Notes: generated by a model from the letters alone, not told the origin. A DNA stretch of 64,000 bases from Ylistrum balloti (GCF_031769215.1 NW_026781894.1:1612001-1676000); one strand, 5' to 3'. Counted from the first letter of the stretch, positions 1 to 14,880 are shown. Numbers and translations: made by a program.

Positions 1-935
1 TTTTGTTTCGGTAAATGTTTTTTTTCCTTCAACTTTATAAATTCAACCAGCAAATTTGGCGTTTTAGGCAGACAAATCAGCTGGCTGGTGGCTCTTAGGG
101 AAAACACTGTATATTTAATTTTTTCGACACAACTCTACAAAAATATGACAAGAATACAAGCAAAACCAAATAATTATATCATTGTTGAATGAATAATTCA
201 CCTTCAACAACATAAAACTTTAGAATTAATAAATTTATCGTAAAACTAATCCTGTAGACATCTTTATCCGGAACGTAGACAACTCGAGAAAAAAATCCGG
301 TCCACTATGCAACATACACACGGTGGACTGGGGTTTTGCTAAAGTTGTTTATATCCAGAAACACGCCTGCAGGCGCCTGTGCATAAAGATACATAATTAT
401 GGTTGTGGGCCTGGGGTTATAAGAATGTCATTTGTTTGAATATTACGCTTTTTTCTTTATTGGTTTCGGAATTTAATGATAAAATAACGGAAATCGAACG
501 TTTCATAGAATGATCGATTCCTTTGAGAAAATCTAGCCTACCTCCCCAAAATGCAAATGTAAACAAAATATAACAACAGCAGGAATTCGCCGGGAACATA
601 ATCAAAACTATCAAGAATGTGCAAAATATGTATGGGACAAGACTGGCACCAAATCATACTTTCCACTGTCGTCAAAGCACACATCCGTATGCCCATCGCT
701 GTGTGCATATCGGAGAGGTTGGACTGTAGGCATCTTGGTGTTCCCGCAAAATAGGCTGTAAATTGTTTTTGGCGCCAGTGTCATTCCGCAGTAAATCTTA
801 TTGCTAAATAATATTAAATAAATATTTCATCGTTTCGGTATTCAACTCATTATTCAGAAACAACAGACAAAGAAATACTTCGATCACTATAATTACAAAT
901 TATTAACGATAAAGATGGAAAAAGACAAATTACGA

Positions 936-943
936 TGACGTCA
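936..943 (+). promoter_or_regulatory. CRE palindrome (TGACGTCA) in the putative SOCS promoter; YY1-like GCCATTTT at 971-978
   Basis: Perfect CRE octamer ~130 bp upstream of the proposed SOCS start codon, in a CpG-containing stretch. Function is inferred from position only. Confidence 0.45.
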
Positions 944-1066
944 CATATCCGCCTACACATCTTATTTCCTGCCATTTTCATTCATAAAACTGTCTTGGTG
1001 TATTACATGGGAAGGACGTCGTTTAAGGAATTTTGATGAGGAAAAAGACTCAAATATATAAGCATC

Positions 1067-1076
1067 ATGCCTTCAG
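1067..1076 (+). CDS. SOCS5: Probable first coding micro-exon of the SOCS gene (ATG CCT TCA G|gtaa)
   Basis: ATG has A at -3 and is followed by a phase-1 GT donor at 1077. This matches the phase-1 acceptor tgtag|AT at 11605/11606 and gives MPSDDDTDK in frame with the SOCS ORF. Implies a ~10.5 kb intron. Confidence 0.55.
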
Positions 1077-1689
1077 GTAATTATTGTACGACACCACTAA
1101 ATATATATTTGATGCTGAATTGACAGGTACGGTACTTAAAGCGTGATGTAAATAAGGTCGACCTTTCAAAGATGTTGTCATTCATCAAGCATCGTTTATT
1201 TTGGACTGCATGAGAGGTATGTGACACCGTAAAGATACCATCAAGCGGCTGTTGTGACATTATAAGTTGACCATCAATTCATGACAAATAATTCTATTGT
1301 ACCAAGTATAAAAAGACCTAGGTGATGCTACTTATCTCCCATTACTAGCACTAGTGTTTCCTCTGAAATGGATCTGTCTGTATTTGTTTCTAATACACAC
1401 ACCCTTCCAGCCCTGCATGCATCTTTATCCATATTTGTTAAGGTCTCAACATCTTCACTGTTGGCAGAAATCATATTTCTTCCAAACTTAAGGTTAAGGT
1501 AAGATGTGTGAATATATACATTTTTAATCGCAGTAATTGCAAATAGCAGGAATTATGAGAAACATATAAAGTTCCTGCTATTTGTAGTATAATAGCTCTA
1601 TTACACAAATGGAGTTTTGAATGTCAATGCTTCAAATCCTATAGACATGATCAATAGACTCATTTCAGCACCTGTTGGACTAATTATGT

Positions 1690-2050
1690 ATATATGTTGA
1701 CAGGGTCAGCAGCTTTTAAGGACATGTGGTAGTTGATATGTAGTTAAACTAAAGTATGACACTGGTTTCCTTGGGCATAACATTTAAGGGAAGTAATACA
1801 GGTCTAGGGAAACCAGGAACTTGCTACTTATGTATACATAAATTCCTAGAACCCATACATTTATTGTACTTTAATCATTTTATTAAATTGATAGAAAACA
1901 GAAGTATGATGAGAGGTTTAACAGCTTTTCAGGACATGTGGTAGTCGACATATGGTTAAACGAAAGTATGACACTGGTTTACCTGGGCATAGCATCCATA
2001 TATTATTTAACTTTAACTATTTTATTATACTGATAGAAAACAGAGGTTTA
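1690..2050 (+). repeat. Diverged local tandem duplication (~215-bp offset) in SOCS intron 1
   Basis: cagcttttaaggacatgtggtagttgatatg...aaagtatgacactggtttccttgggcata (~1709) recurs as cagcttttcaggacatgtggtagtcgacatatg...aaagtatgacactggtttacctgggcata (~1923). The tgatagaaaacaga block also recurs. Ends are approximate. Confidence 0.7.
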
Positions 2051-5000
2051 TTTCTAACCAGGAAAAATGCAAAACATAAGCAAATGACAATGCCCAAATG
2101 TCCCTTTGTAGGAAGTACATCAATCAAATGCATAATGTAATCAAAGACACTCAGTTGGGAAAAATATTTTAAGTATTAAACTATGCTTATCTTAATGGAA
2201 ACACTTGAATGCAGGTTTATTTAGTGCAGCATATGTGTGTTATAGTCAAGGGGTAAAGCTAATTCATAAGTGAAGTCAAGTCAAAAGTATGATTATAATC
2301 AATTTAACAGTTAACTTTTATGCAGAGTAAATCAAGTACAGGTATAATACTGTGTTCCATCAACAAGATTGGAACTAATTCTTTCACAATTTTTCTTGAA
2401 CTAAAATTGATTAATTCCTTCTTCCCAAATAAATTATATTTATCAGCTGGTGAGTATTTTGATGGAGTGATGCAATGAATATAGCATTGCGGAACCCTGC
2501 AGCCAAATATTCAGAGACCGCTGTGTACTGGTAACTATATATAAGTATAATTCAGTTGCTAAAGAATGAGAGAATAGGGTCATTTATTGATCCCAGAGAA
2601 TTCCCACTGGAATATCAATATTTGTATTAAATTTGAATTCAGATTGAGCCGGTTTAGTGTTACATAAAAAACAAACAAAGATCAATGTTACCTTTTTGTC
2701 AGAGTCAAATATATATGCTCAGTACCAGCTAAGACAAGGATGAAAAGGGGCAAAACAATGGTTATGCGGATAACAACATTTTCAGTGGGGTTTTTTTTTT
2801 CTTGAAATTATTTCAATCAATTTTTGTGCACCTGGCAGTTTGAGCTGCTAGTAGCAGTGTTGATAGTTCATATTCATATCCTTGGAAGTAAAACAGACAT
2901 TTCCATTGCTTCCAATTTCTTCAAATCAATTAAAAAAATCGCAAGCTTATTTCAGAAAGTTTTAGATTACATGCATTGTAATAACAAGCAGTGCTATACA
3001 TCTGATTATTTACTTTTTTAAGGTCTAGAAGAGAAATATTATATGAGATTTCTATTCCATGTAGGAACAGTATCAGAAGTAGTGCAAAAGTAGTATCTGC
3101 TACCACTGGTTCTGACCTCATTTTCAAATAATCTTTTAAAGTAAAATCTCGGTTCTGAAGGTTATTAAATGATATGGGATGTTTCTCATGGGAAACTTCT
3201 GAAATGTTTCAGGATTTGTTCCTTCCAGATTCGGCAACACTTTGTGAATGTTATATTGAGCTACTGTTTTCATAGAAGAACCATATTCACATTGTGTTGC
3301 AAAGTTTTCTAAATAACTTCATTTTGACCTGATTTCCAAATCATATTTTTTTATATGAACTCCCATTGAATGTACTTTAGTGTCTTCTAGGGGATGCTAA
3401 TATTAGCTGGCTATGGAAACAATTACTCAAGAATTGAAATGGCCACATCTTCAAAGTGAATCAAACTAACAGCTAAATCATAGATGTACTTACATCAAAA
3501 CTAAAACTACCCTTAATTACTGCAAGAAAAGTTCCTATGTTTATGTAATGACAACTTGAGTCAGGTTGAGTGAGTGTACTGATATCTGAATGCCTTTCAA
3601 CAGTGTTTAAGGGTAAGCTTTGTGGTTGTTTCAAAGCAAGTCTTCGTGAAAACCACAAGTTTGAAAACATGACATGTCGAACAGTTTACTCTGGCTTTCA
3701 GGCTAGTTTAAAATTCAGAATGGGTTGATGGGTATAAAGGGATAGTTGGCAACATTGCAAGATGTTTCAGGTCATTTTTATTATATTTTACTCATGATCA
3801 TCATCAATAGAATCAGAATGTCTGTTATAGGTGTCATGTTAACAAGTTTTATTATCAGCAAGCTTGTTTGTGCTTGATGTTGTTCTAAAATTATCAGATA
3901 TATGAAATTACTAAATTTGAAGTTGGGGTAGTCTATCTAGGTTTTGACAATTTTAAAGTTTTTCTGGTTGCTGCATTGGGTTTTGTTTATTAATCTGATA
4001 ATTTGGCATGTGGTCATGCATAACTGTGTTTGACTCCTTAGGTGCTCTACTTGCAGTGTTTATGAAGATGAATATAAGTCAAAATATGTTCGTGGCACGT
4101 AAGCATTATGATTACTATAAATGAATATGTTAATAAATATAATGCTTGTATTCCATTCTAATTTGGTCTGAAGCACCCTTTGGTAAAGAGAAGTCAATTT
4201 TGTGCTGACTCCTGAGATGGGAATGGTGGAACCCACTAGGGGAAATAAAGCAAATATTTGAAACCCTTCTTGCTTGGATGAAGGAGACTAAATGCTGTGG
4301 CTGACTCCCTTGGAGCAGAGTGGTGGGACCCAATGGGGAAATAGATATACCTTTAGAATTACTTTTCCATTAGTTTAGATAGAGCAATTACAGCCAAAAC
4401 CAGGTGACTGATACAGACACCATGAACCACTTGGTAATGGTGGTTCCTTTTGTTCCCTGCATAGTTGTAAAGTTTTGATTTTGGAACTGATCAGAAAACA
4501 AAATAAAATAAAAAAGATACTGTTTTTGAAAAAAAAAATAATTCTTGGTTTTAAGTTAGTACTGACTTAACTAGGTTTCACTGTGTCTTTTCCATTTATC
4601 TTCTTCTTCAATGCCTCCCCATTTTTATTTTGCTGGTCATAAATATAGAGATTTTCATTTTGGTCTGATGACAGATATGTGGGGGAATCCCCACAGTGGT
4701 CACAACATCACATTTTTGGTCATTTGACATACTTATTATATAATAATATAGTAAGCTACTGTCACTTGAAGGATAAAAAGATTTGTATGTGATATAAATA
4801 CAAAAGCGCTTTTTTTTCTGTTTATTTTTCTGTTTGAAATTTACTTTTTAATCAAATTCTTTTGAAATATTTCATTCATATTTGATAAAGTATGTACAGA
4901 ACAATAGAGAACTCAGGTGAACAGTATTTCAGAAACAAAGATCTCCTGTTAAAAATTTACATCGGTGTGATTGTGTTCACTGTAATAGGAGGTATGGGAT

Positions 5001-8000
5001 GAGGAAATGTGTGAAGCCCATCCTATGCTGCATATTTAATTCTTGGATAAAGTTGATATTGTTTGTGGGCGATTTACTGTTAAACGTTCCATTTACTGTA
5101 CATTATATGCCCATCCCGACCTAGTCGAGACCTGTTCTGGCAGTGAACGGTGAAAGTGTGGTATTGACTATACCTTCGTTAGTTCGGAGAAATGTGTGAT
5201 CTCCTAGTTCTAGAAATCCTCAGAAGTGTTGGGACAAGATTAACAAAGGGATGTGTCAAATTGCTGTACATGAATAAATAAAGGATGTGCACTATTACCG
5301 GCTTCAGTAACACATGATGAAGAATCCAGTTAGCTAATTGGTTTTTGGTGTGTTGCATGTTTGACGCCGTGTTAGATACCTCATCAAAATGTACTCGAAA
5401 AATGATGGCGGTAGATTTCTTTCCATGTACCTCACGTTGGGGTTTAGTTTTTTCATCAAGAGACCAATCAAACCTAGACCGGTTCCATTTTATGTACATT
5501 TGCGAGATACAGCTCAGTTTCTGTAATTGAATTAGGAGTCTTGTATTTTGTTCTCATCACTCCACTTTCAATTCATCCTTGATAAATAACTACTGAAAAT
5601 AATGTAATGAGTGTTTCCGAAAGAATAACAAGGGATATTGCCATATATGTTAATTATATATGCTACACACAAAAAGATACATTTGTATGAATCCAAATTA
5701 GAATGGCATACATTATGCACAATAGCATGATATCAAAACTTTTCGAGAAGAAAAAAGATTGAATAAGTGATATTCAAGATAAAAGTTCTTTTATTTTTGA
5801 GTACGAAGTACAATATTTTTTATTTCAGTTAGAATGTAATGCAAATCCATGACTGTATACCCACAATTTTAATTTTTCGTTTTTGTTGTGAATGGTGATG
5901 CTGAAAAACAATACAAACATTCTTTATCACAGTACAAAGACACAAAAATATTGAAAAAAAATATTCACACACTCCGATTGAGAAACCTGGGACTTTAAAA
6001 ATTCTTGGTACTTACAATTCTGTATGTGCATCTGTAATTATGATGAAATATTTAAAAAAAAAAAATATTAATTGGAAGCCATGTGGTGTTGATGTGGTGT
6101 GATCTACACAGCAGCCAGCTAATTACATGTGTGCACCATCCCTCTCTCTCTCTCCTCCCTAGGGGGCGGATACTTAGCCGGAAGTCTGGGCAAATTGTAA
6201 ACACACCTCCTACATATATAGCTGTTCACTAAGGCTATCGGTAGTTCTGTTCGCTTACAGTCATGGACATGCAGGTTATTCCTGTCTTCATTGGAATCGT
6301 CTGTAAATTGATTGTTTTTCAGTATTGGTGAGTACAATTATGAATGCATGTATTACCAATTAGGTAAGAGGCTGCAAGTCATGTAACTATTCTCCTGTGG
6401 TCTTTTTTTTCCGCTCTGTCACTTTAATTTCCCTATTATTTGAGAAAAAATTGGTGAGGGTGATTAATTAAACAAAATGAAGATGTTGCCACTGCCAACT
6501 GTATGTTCCATGTAATAACAAACAATTTTGTCCTCATTATTTATTTTCTAATCGTATTTGCTTAATTTGATGTTATAGGCCTGACATTTTCACATGTGTA
6601 AATTCCTTCAGCAATATTAGTAATAAAATATGAACCATCTTAAGATAGGATGTTCTAAATGGTTAAAGTAAAAAAAAATTTAATTAAAGATCACATTTTT
6701 TATTTTAGCTGATTGGTATTATTGAATTTTTTATTCATTGTTATGGGTTTTAACGAAGTAGAATACAAACATGTGGGGAAATTATAAAAGTCTTTAAATC
6801 TATTCATGAAATTTTTCACTTCTAAGCTGATGCATGACTGAACAATGAAGTTCAAGTATGTATACATGTACAATTCATTTCAAAATGGTAGACTATTATT
6901 CAGTAAGTAATTTAATTTTTAAAAAATATATTAACAGTAAATAAAACATAACGTTGAACTGTTGGTGGTTTAATTTCATGTAGTCATATGGAGACCATTA
7001 TTAAATAGTAATTAACAGGATGGTCTTGGAATGGGATGGGCAAAGGAAAATTATGCCTGGCCTTGTTTGCCGTAGCTATTTCACAGTTATAACACATTCT
7101 GCTTGTATTTACCTGGTTCAATACTAGTCAATGGAATTCCTGTGTGTTGTATTATTTATCAACACCTGGTGTATGAGTGTAGCTGGTGTTGTAATCAATA
7201 TAACCTATCAAATCCGCCCACACATAGCAATTCCACCCACTCACTGCAGCCATCTGTACATGTTTGGCTAGATCAATGGGATAGTACTGCAGTTGATTGG
7301 GATGAATGAATTGTTGGAAGGTGACCAGTATATGCAAGAAATAGACTTGGATCATACATGTGGCAATATTGATAAGTGTGTTTTGTGTATTAATGCTGCT
7401 TTAATGGTAGTACATTTACAACTTCATTTTGGAATTTTCCTTAAAATCACCAGGACAGCCCTAGTCTAGTCATGTGTTGAGTTCGTGTTACATCAGACAA
7501 CATGTAAGTGGTTTTATATTACTTGCTCTCGGGTTTATAAAATGTGCCATCATATAATCATATATAGATTTTGCTGCGAGTGTTAAAAGACAGAACATCA
7601 CTTTATAGTTATTGTAAGGAACTGGTATTTTATCATCAGGGTTCCTGCAGGGTTTAGTTATCCCTTTCAGAGTCAAGATAAAGACATTTTCAGAAGAAGA
7701 AAAAAAAAAGACAAACTTTTTGACATTTTGGAAATCATTTACTATGTATCTAAAAAGTGTTAAGATTTTGATTCAAGTTTCGAAAGACATCAGAACATCA
7801 CTTTACAATTGTACTAGGGTACTGATATTTGGTATCAATGACTTCTTACCCAGAGTTGGAGTTGAACTAAAGGTTTTAATAATGGGGGTGGTGGGATGGA
7901 GGGGTTGTGGGGCGGAGGGTGTGAAATATTCACTTTTTGACATGCTTTGAACTTAGTCCAGCAGTACTGTTCTATGACAGCTCTTGTTTTGGTTCCTGTG

Positions 8001-11000
8001 TACACTGTACTACAGTTCATATTTTTGAAACATTCCAAAAACCTTACATGACTGAATAATGACATCATCCGAAAGACAAACTTAAAGTTAATAGTAGACT
8101 AATGCTGTTATCGTTTATTTGAATGATATTGTGCTTATATGTACCATCCAAGATTGATTTCATTACCCTCACAAACATTTACTCCAACTTTCCAAATATC
8201 AAGGTTAACATCAGCCGCAAAGGGTTCATTTGCAATTAACAGGGGCTTACATTTTGGTTAGAGTAGATATTAGTATCATGTTGCCGCAAGTAACTCTGTT
8301 GCAGTGATGATACCGTCAGCATCAGAAACAGCATCCTTGGGTCTCTCCTTTCACCTACGTAATGTGTACTGGAATTGACATTCAGACTCTATTCTACTGG
8401 ATATTGATGATTAAGCATGATTTTTGTATATATACATGTGTTACATACATGATTACATGTTTCAATTTCAAGATAAGGGGTTTGAGGGAATCATTTTCCC
8501 CTCATGATCAAGACACAAGTATATATCTGTTTTTTTGTGTTGTTCAAATATTTCATTTCAGAGTTTGATCAAAGAACATTATTTTTCTAATTAATTTCGA
8601 ACACACACATATATATATACAGTGTCACACAACACTGACTGGTATCTACTTGTATGATATGATGTAACACATTAGCAACAGAATGTTTGATATATACATA
8701 AAACTAACTTGCATAACAGGATACATCTTCAAAGTTTTTAGGCTTGTTTAAGTTTTAAATGTTGTAAATATTTATTTTAGATAGATGTTCATCATTTGAA
8801 AAGAAAAAGATGAACAAACATATATTAAATGATGTAAGAATTTTGGATATAAATATTTTGACTTCAAAAGTGTTGGCTATAGAAATTAATGCATAGGGAA
8901 AGTTAATGTTTCAGTATTCTGATGAAATCATGGAAAAAAGGTGACATATAATTTTGGGAAAAGTTTTAATTAATGCAATCATTTCCTGACAGGACATTCT
9001 CTTCAGACACAAGTGCTGATGCCTGTCCTTATCACACTCTATGTATACAAATAAACCACAGATGTTTGCACTAATTCCACAAGCTCTCATTTCCGGTGTT
9101 GGAGGTTTGTGTCAAAATAATTTCCGCTTGGAATTCTTTGTTTGTGTGAGGTAGTAGAACATTTATCACAGAACATTATGTGATGGAATTGTGGCCTGCA
9201 AATTAAGTTCACAGCACATAGTGCTGAGCAGAAACATCTTGATAATAAGCATTGCCAACATCTTGATTTTAGAGACAGTCTAGCTAACTCTAAAAAAAAA
9301 TTAATTTACTGGAAGCTTGCAGGATACACCAATCATATTATAACACAAAGAAAATGATGCATCTATTTTAGTATCTCACAATTTTAAAGTGAACTTAACA
9401 TAAATCAATAAAGGCGTTTGATATATTGTTAAGTAGTTGTTTTTGGAAGTAGAAAATTATGTTGAAAAGTTACATTTGCCAATATTATACATCTGTAGTT
9501 TACTCTGAATCACAAGCTTACCTATAGCTAGTAAGAATGATTATAATTCATGTCTAACCACAGAAGTAATGATGGCAGTGTGGGTAATGCCATAGTTACA
9601 TTGATGTACTGAATGTGATAGCCAAACTTTAGATAAAATTACCTTTATATATATACTGTCACTGTGTGAAATTTTGTTTCCAGTTGACCTGGACTGTTGC
9701 AAGCTAGTTACAATACAAAGTCCATTTACAACTTATATTGGACAAATAAATGGTGGCACTATAACAAAGCTTATAGATGTTGCATCATTGTATATCTATT
9801 TGTTCTTTTTCATTGACGTTTCACTTACGTACAAACAGTTCCCCTCCCCCTCCCCCTCCCTCCCCCTGCTTCTTCCCTTTGAGAGAGAGAAATCTGTACA
9901 TCTGTTGTCATCCATTGAGAATTTAGTTTCTGCTGTTGGAGTTGTAGACTTTGACAGATTCGTAGTACCGTTGATAGGTGTACATCTGTTGCTGGGTAAA
10001 TATATACTTGAAATGTTATGACTTTCGACAGCTGCAGATTAAGAATTTTTTTATTAGATTTCCGTGTATTTTTCTGCCATCTGTTCTTTATTTTGTCATA
10101 AAGACAGAGGGGTATGCTATGTAATAGGCTAAGAATCAAAGAGAAATTGGTCCTAATTTAAAATAAGTTCCTGCTGCTGTGGCCTTTGTTTTGGATAATA
10201 CACAGCAAAATCGATAATTGTTATGGGATGTATAGATGAGTCAACTGCAGCTGCATTGCCATATATATGTACAGTTTATGATCCAGGTACATCGGCACAT
10301 ACACACGTGTGTTTGTGTTGTATTATTCATGATAATATGAACAATGTAGTACCCAAACTCATCATTGTAATGATGTCATCAAGCATTTGAGTATCTTTGT
10401 ATTGCATAAGTTTCAGTATATTCTTTAATATTTTAGTTAAAGTATATAATTCATAAACTAGGATATTTCTATTGTCGTCTATTACTTATACTTCAACATC
10501 TTTAATCAAGCCTAACATAGCTATCCCCTTCATTTTTTCTGACATTTAAGTACCAGGAATGATGTAGCATTCTTTGTAACTAAGGAAATATTGTACCTGC
10601 TCATGGTTATCAATTTAGACATGACAAATTATCTTGATAAACTAACTATTGTTAATTCTTCCATTTTATCCTAATAAAAATGGAACTGCCTGGTAGTCTG
10701 TCCTTGAAGTTGAATATTATCTTTATTCATATGTATGATAAATGAATATAAAGAAGTTGTGAGACTTTTTGCATTTGAGTAGATTTATTTAGAAGAGTTA
10801 TTTTATCTGATAATTAAAGGATGAAAATAACTTTTAAAAGGTACTAAATATAACATGATGAATGCTTTTTATAGGCATGATGTGATGATGATGATGCTGT
10901 TAAAGAATGTAATCTACCAATAATCAGTGTTTGGGGTTATATACATGCCTTGATCTGAAAGATGAAGGATAGTAAATTATAAATAGTAAGGTAAATATTT

Positions 11001-11605
11001 CTTTAATGTTGCATACAGATTTGGGATATACTCATTACAATAGTACTATAGTCTCCCCCGTTCCCAGTGCAGCTGGAATTATCCCCCATCCCCAACCCCC
11101 ATTTCTCAGACAAAAGAAAATCTTTCTCCTCCAAATTTTAGATAATTGCAAATATTTTTAAGACATGAAGGATGTTGTTTTTTTCCATTCCATATAAACA
11201 AAGCTTTTTATTATCTTCTTCTTTAACAAGTTAGCATCATTTGATCATTATTTACATATTAGCAATGCAAATTCATATCAACATCAAAGAGTTACAGATT
11301 ATTTGATGTTTAAATGGTTGTCTTGGTATCTAATATATTGGTTTATTTGAAGCAGATGTCTCTTGTCCTATGCCTTTGTATTTTGAAGTTCTATATGTAA
11401 TAAGGATACCTGCTGCAACTGTGCAGACATGTACCCATTAATACACACATGTTACATGGATGGGAAACTATTAACAAGCTTTTCAGGGACCTAGTTAAAT
11501 GAGGAGATAAAACACAAGTTTTAATCAATTCCACTTGATATGTTGCTATATATATATATTACTTATTACACCAACTCTTATGTTTCAATTTGCTGTCTGT
11601 TGTAG

Positions 11606-13185
11606 ATGACGATACTGATAAAATAGTGAAAGAGGAATTGAGTTTGGATGAGTCAGATATTCCACACAACAGGACAATGGTTCAGGGCTGTACTGAGAAA
11701 TCAGGGGAAGGAAACTCTGCCAACAAGCGTAGTCCAAAGTCAATGTTCTCTATCAATAATCTTACCCATCATAGAATGCACAGATCTGCTGTTCGACCAT
11801 TCTTCTGCTGTGGTAGCCAAATATCACTTAACAGCATCACAGACTTTGTTGACCAAGCTTGTGAAAAAGAAGATAGTGTTTTGACAGACCTGTCAGATTC
11901 AGATGAAATGGTAGATTTAATGTCAGACATGAGTGTTGAAAGGAACTTGTCAAAAAAATCTTCAACAAGACGTATTTCAAATTCAAGAAGGAAAAAATGT
12001 GATATGCAAGACAAAAATATGAGAAAAAAGTTTTGGACAATTAAATTCAGAGGAAAATTAATATCGAAAAGCTCAAGGTTAAATACCACTGACCAGGAAT
12101 TAGTGCAAGGGGCCAAATCCAATGAAAGTATCATGTGTACCTCATATAGGAGGACTTTAGAGAGTTCAAAAGGGGAGATCACTTTCGAAGAGATAGAACC
12201 ATCATCTGCAGACACTTTAAGTTTGTCAGAAGATGATTACAGATCAGGTAGTCATGTTGGTGGAGCTGAAGGTGGTTTCATTCCAGAAAGTCTTATAACA
12301 GAGAATCTTGTATCTGAGGGACTGATGTCTGATACAAGCCGGGTCCCCCGTGGCAGAACTCAAAGGTTCAGTGCCCCAGACCTGCAACGGACCACCTCTG
12401 AAGTATTTGTGATGTTTAGGCCCCTAAACTCTATCAACTTTGATGAATTGTACCCAACAGAGGATGTGGATGAGAGAAGGATTGCTGAGAGAGCGAGGGA
12501 AATGAAGGAGGGGATAGAACTGAGGCAAAACATCTTGGTCCCACAGTTTTCTGCGAGTGAGGGAAGTGGGAGTAGTCCTACACGTATTCATTTAGTCCAA
12601 GCACCCCCATCACCAACACCAACTGTCCCACGCGTTCCACTTCTAGGTCGTCACTATGGTGCTCACTCTCAAGTAGACTATATGCATTGCCTGGTGCCAG
12701 ACATCCTTCAGATCACCAAGTGCAGCTTCTACTGGGGAGTCATGGACCGTTATCAAGCTGAAAAGCTGCTGGAGAACAAACCTGAAGGGACATTTCTACT
12801 TCGTGATAGTGCACAGGAGGAATTCCTGTTCTCAGTAAGCTTTAGGCGATATGGACGGTCCCTCCATGCTAGAATTGAACAATGGAATCACAAATTCAGT
12901 TTTGATTCTCATGACCCTGGTGTGTTTGCTTCTGATACAGTTTGTGGTCTTATTGAACACTACAAAGATCCAAGCTGCTGTATGTTCTTTGAGCCCATGC
13001 TAACTTCCCCTTTACACAGGAACTTCACATTCTCACTCCAGCACATGTGTCGGTCTAGCATCTGTGACAATACCACATATGATGGAGTACATGCCCTGCC
13101 CCTTCCCAGATCTCTCAAAGAATATCTCATGTACTACCATTACAAACAAAAGGTTCGTGTGCGTCGGTTTGATATGGCGTCTTAG
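11606..13185 (+). CDS. SOCS5: Suppressor of cytokine signaling, SOCS4/5 (Socs36E)-type; main coding exon with long N-terminal region, SH2 domain and SOCS box
   Basis: ORF contains [74 protein letters not shown] (SH2) and [32 protein letters not shown] (SOCS box), characteristic of SOCS4/5. Acceptor AG at 11604-11605, stop TAG at 13183-13185. Confidence 0.93.
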
Positions 13186-14880
13186 CCAATGTTTACCAGG
13201 ACAGCAAGTGGGTGAAAAGATCACACTTGATATTCAATATTTGAACTATTTTTAAGTTATTTGTCCATATGTGTTTATATACTCTATTTTTCTTTAAAAG
13301 TGGAAACCATATGCTATGAACGTTTTTGCAGTTTCCACAATCTCTGTATCAGCATGACTGTAGGCATATTAACTTTGCCATATGAAACAATAAAACGAAT
13401 ATTTCAGCAACATTGCCAACACAGAAAATTTCTATACCACTGTTAGACTAACCATTGTACATACCAGGTAATATTAAGGGTTTTCCATGAAAGCCGGTCG
13501 CCGGCCAATTTGACCGGCTACTTTGATCATTTGGCCACCTACACCAATCCCGTTCTGTAATAATGTTCCGTACACGACTACACGTGCATGGCAGGCCAGC
13601 CTCCTACTTTCACTACACAGCTTACTACTAACAAAATTATGGAAAACCCTGAATATTTGAAAATCCTACTGCACATGTACATGTATATTGTTGGTTTGTT
13701 TACCTTGTGATATATTCTGTAAACCATTAAATGCAATAGGAATCTCTTTAGAAAGTTGACATATGTGTACTTCATTCTTTTTATGCTAATATCTGTAAAT
13801 TATCAGAGGTTGTATGTCTATATATATGCCAGTATTAGTTGTATAGCAAAATGGACCCTGGTTTTTTTAATGTTCCTAAAATTCCAAAGAACAGTACATA
13901 CATAATTACAACTTCAAAAACACAATTGTAATGAAAAATGTTTGATAAATATATCAGGTCCTGATTAAATGAGGGAATACTGGTGAATATGGGATTTGGG
14001 TTTTCTCAGAAATTTAAGGGTTATGATTGGGATAGGTTCTGACAAAAAAAACTTTAACTTTTGATTGGTTCAAGACTTGACCTTTGATCTTGACCAATCA
14101 CCAGACTGATATCTGAAACTTGAGGATTAAATAACCCTATATGTAATTTGGTACATCTGTTCAATTTTAATTACTTTATCACATAGATCAAAAATTTGTA
14201 TGTAACTGGTACTAGCTTTTGTAATAGTTCCAAGAACTAGAAGCTTGTGCCGTATATACACAGCATTTCTGATTCTGCAAGAGCATATATCCTACAGGTG
14301 CAAAAGAAGATAAAGCACAGAGAACACCCAGAACCAAACTCTGAAATTCTAAGATAAAAAATGAAGTTAATACAGAATTTTCTTAAGAAATTGATAACAT
14401 ATTTCAATCTGAGGAAGTTGTAGGTTGACATCATCACTTAGATATTGGCATTTAAGATAATGGCTTGGTTCTATCAACTTTCACTTGGTAGCAAGATTAA
14501 AATTGTTTTATTGTATTAATAATTTTTTTTTCTCTTTGTAAGTTTTCAATTTTTGTGGTTGAAATAGCATTTTACATTGGTATGTACATGTTTGATTACG
14601 AGTGTCTGTGGGGGTTAATAGAAATACTCAATGTAATCACAAATGTAATGTCATTACCAAACAAAGCAAACTTGGGCAATAGTAATGGATTTTATTTTGC
14701 AAAAAGTCACTGATAGCCGTTTTTGAACTCCAAAATGTGAATGGGAGAATAGTAAATGTGTGTTACATGAAACAAATTACTTGTAGGTGTTAACTTTGGA
14801 TCAGACACCTGAGATATCTTCAGGATTTTAATATTGCAGTAACAAAGAAAATAAATTGTTGTAATATAAATTTTGATTAA

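Noticed and set aside
1843-1851. STAT-type GAS motif TTCCTAGAA in SOCS intron 1
   Set aside because: Biologically attractive for a SOCS gene, but single TTCN3GAA matches are expected by chance in AT-rich DNA and similar ones occur elsewhere in the window.
9841-9868. C-rich run (potential G-quadruplex on the minus strand); also G16 at 19291-19306
   Set aside because: Simple low-complexity tracts with no evidence of function.
13487-13545. gggttttcc...gccggtcgccggcc motif resembling the reverse complement of 60-108
   Set aside because: Probably isolated termini of a common MITE family; too short and diverged to define an element.
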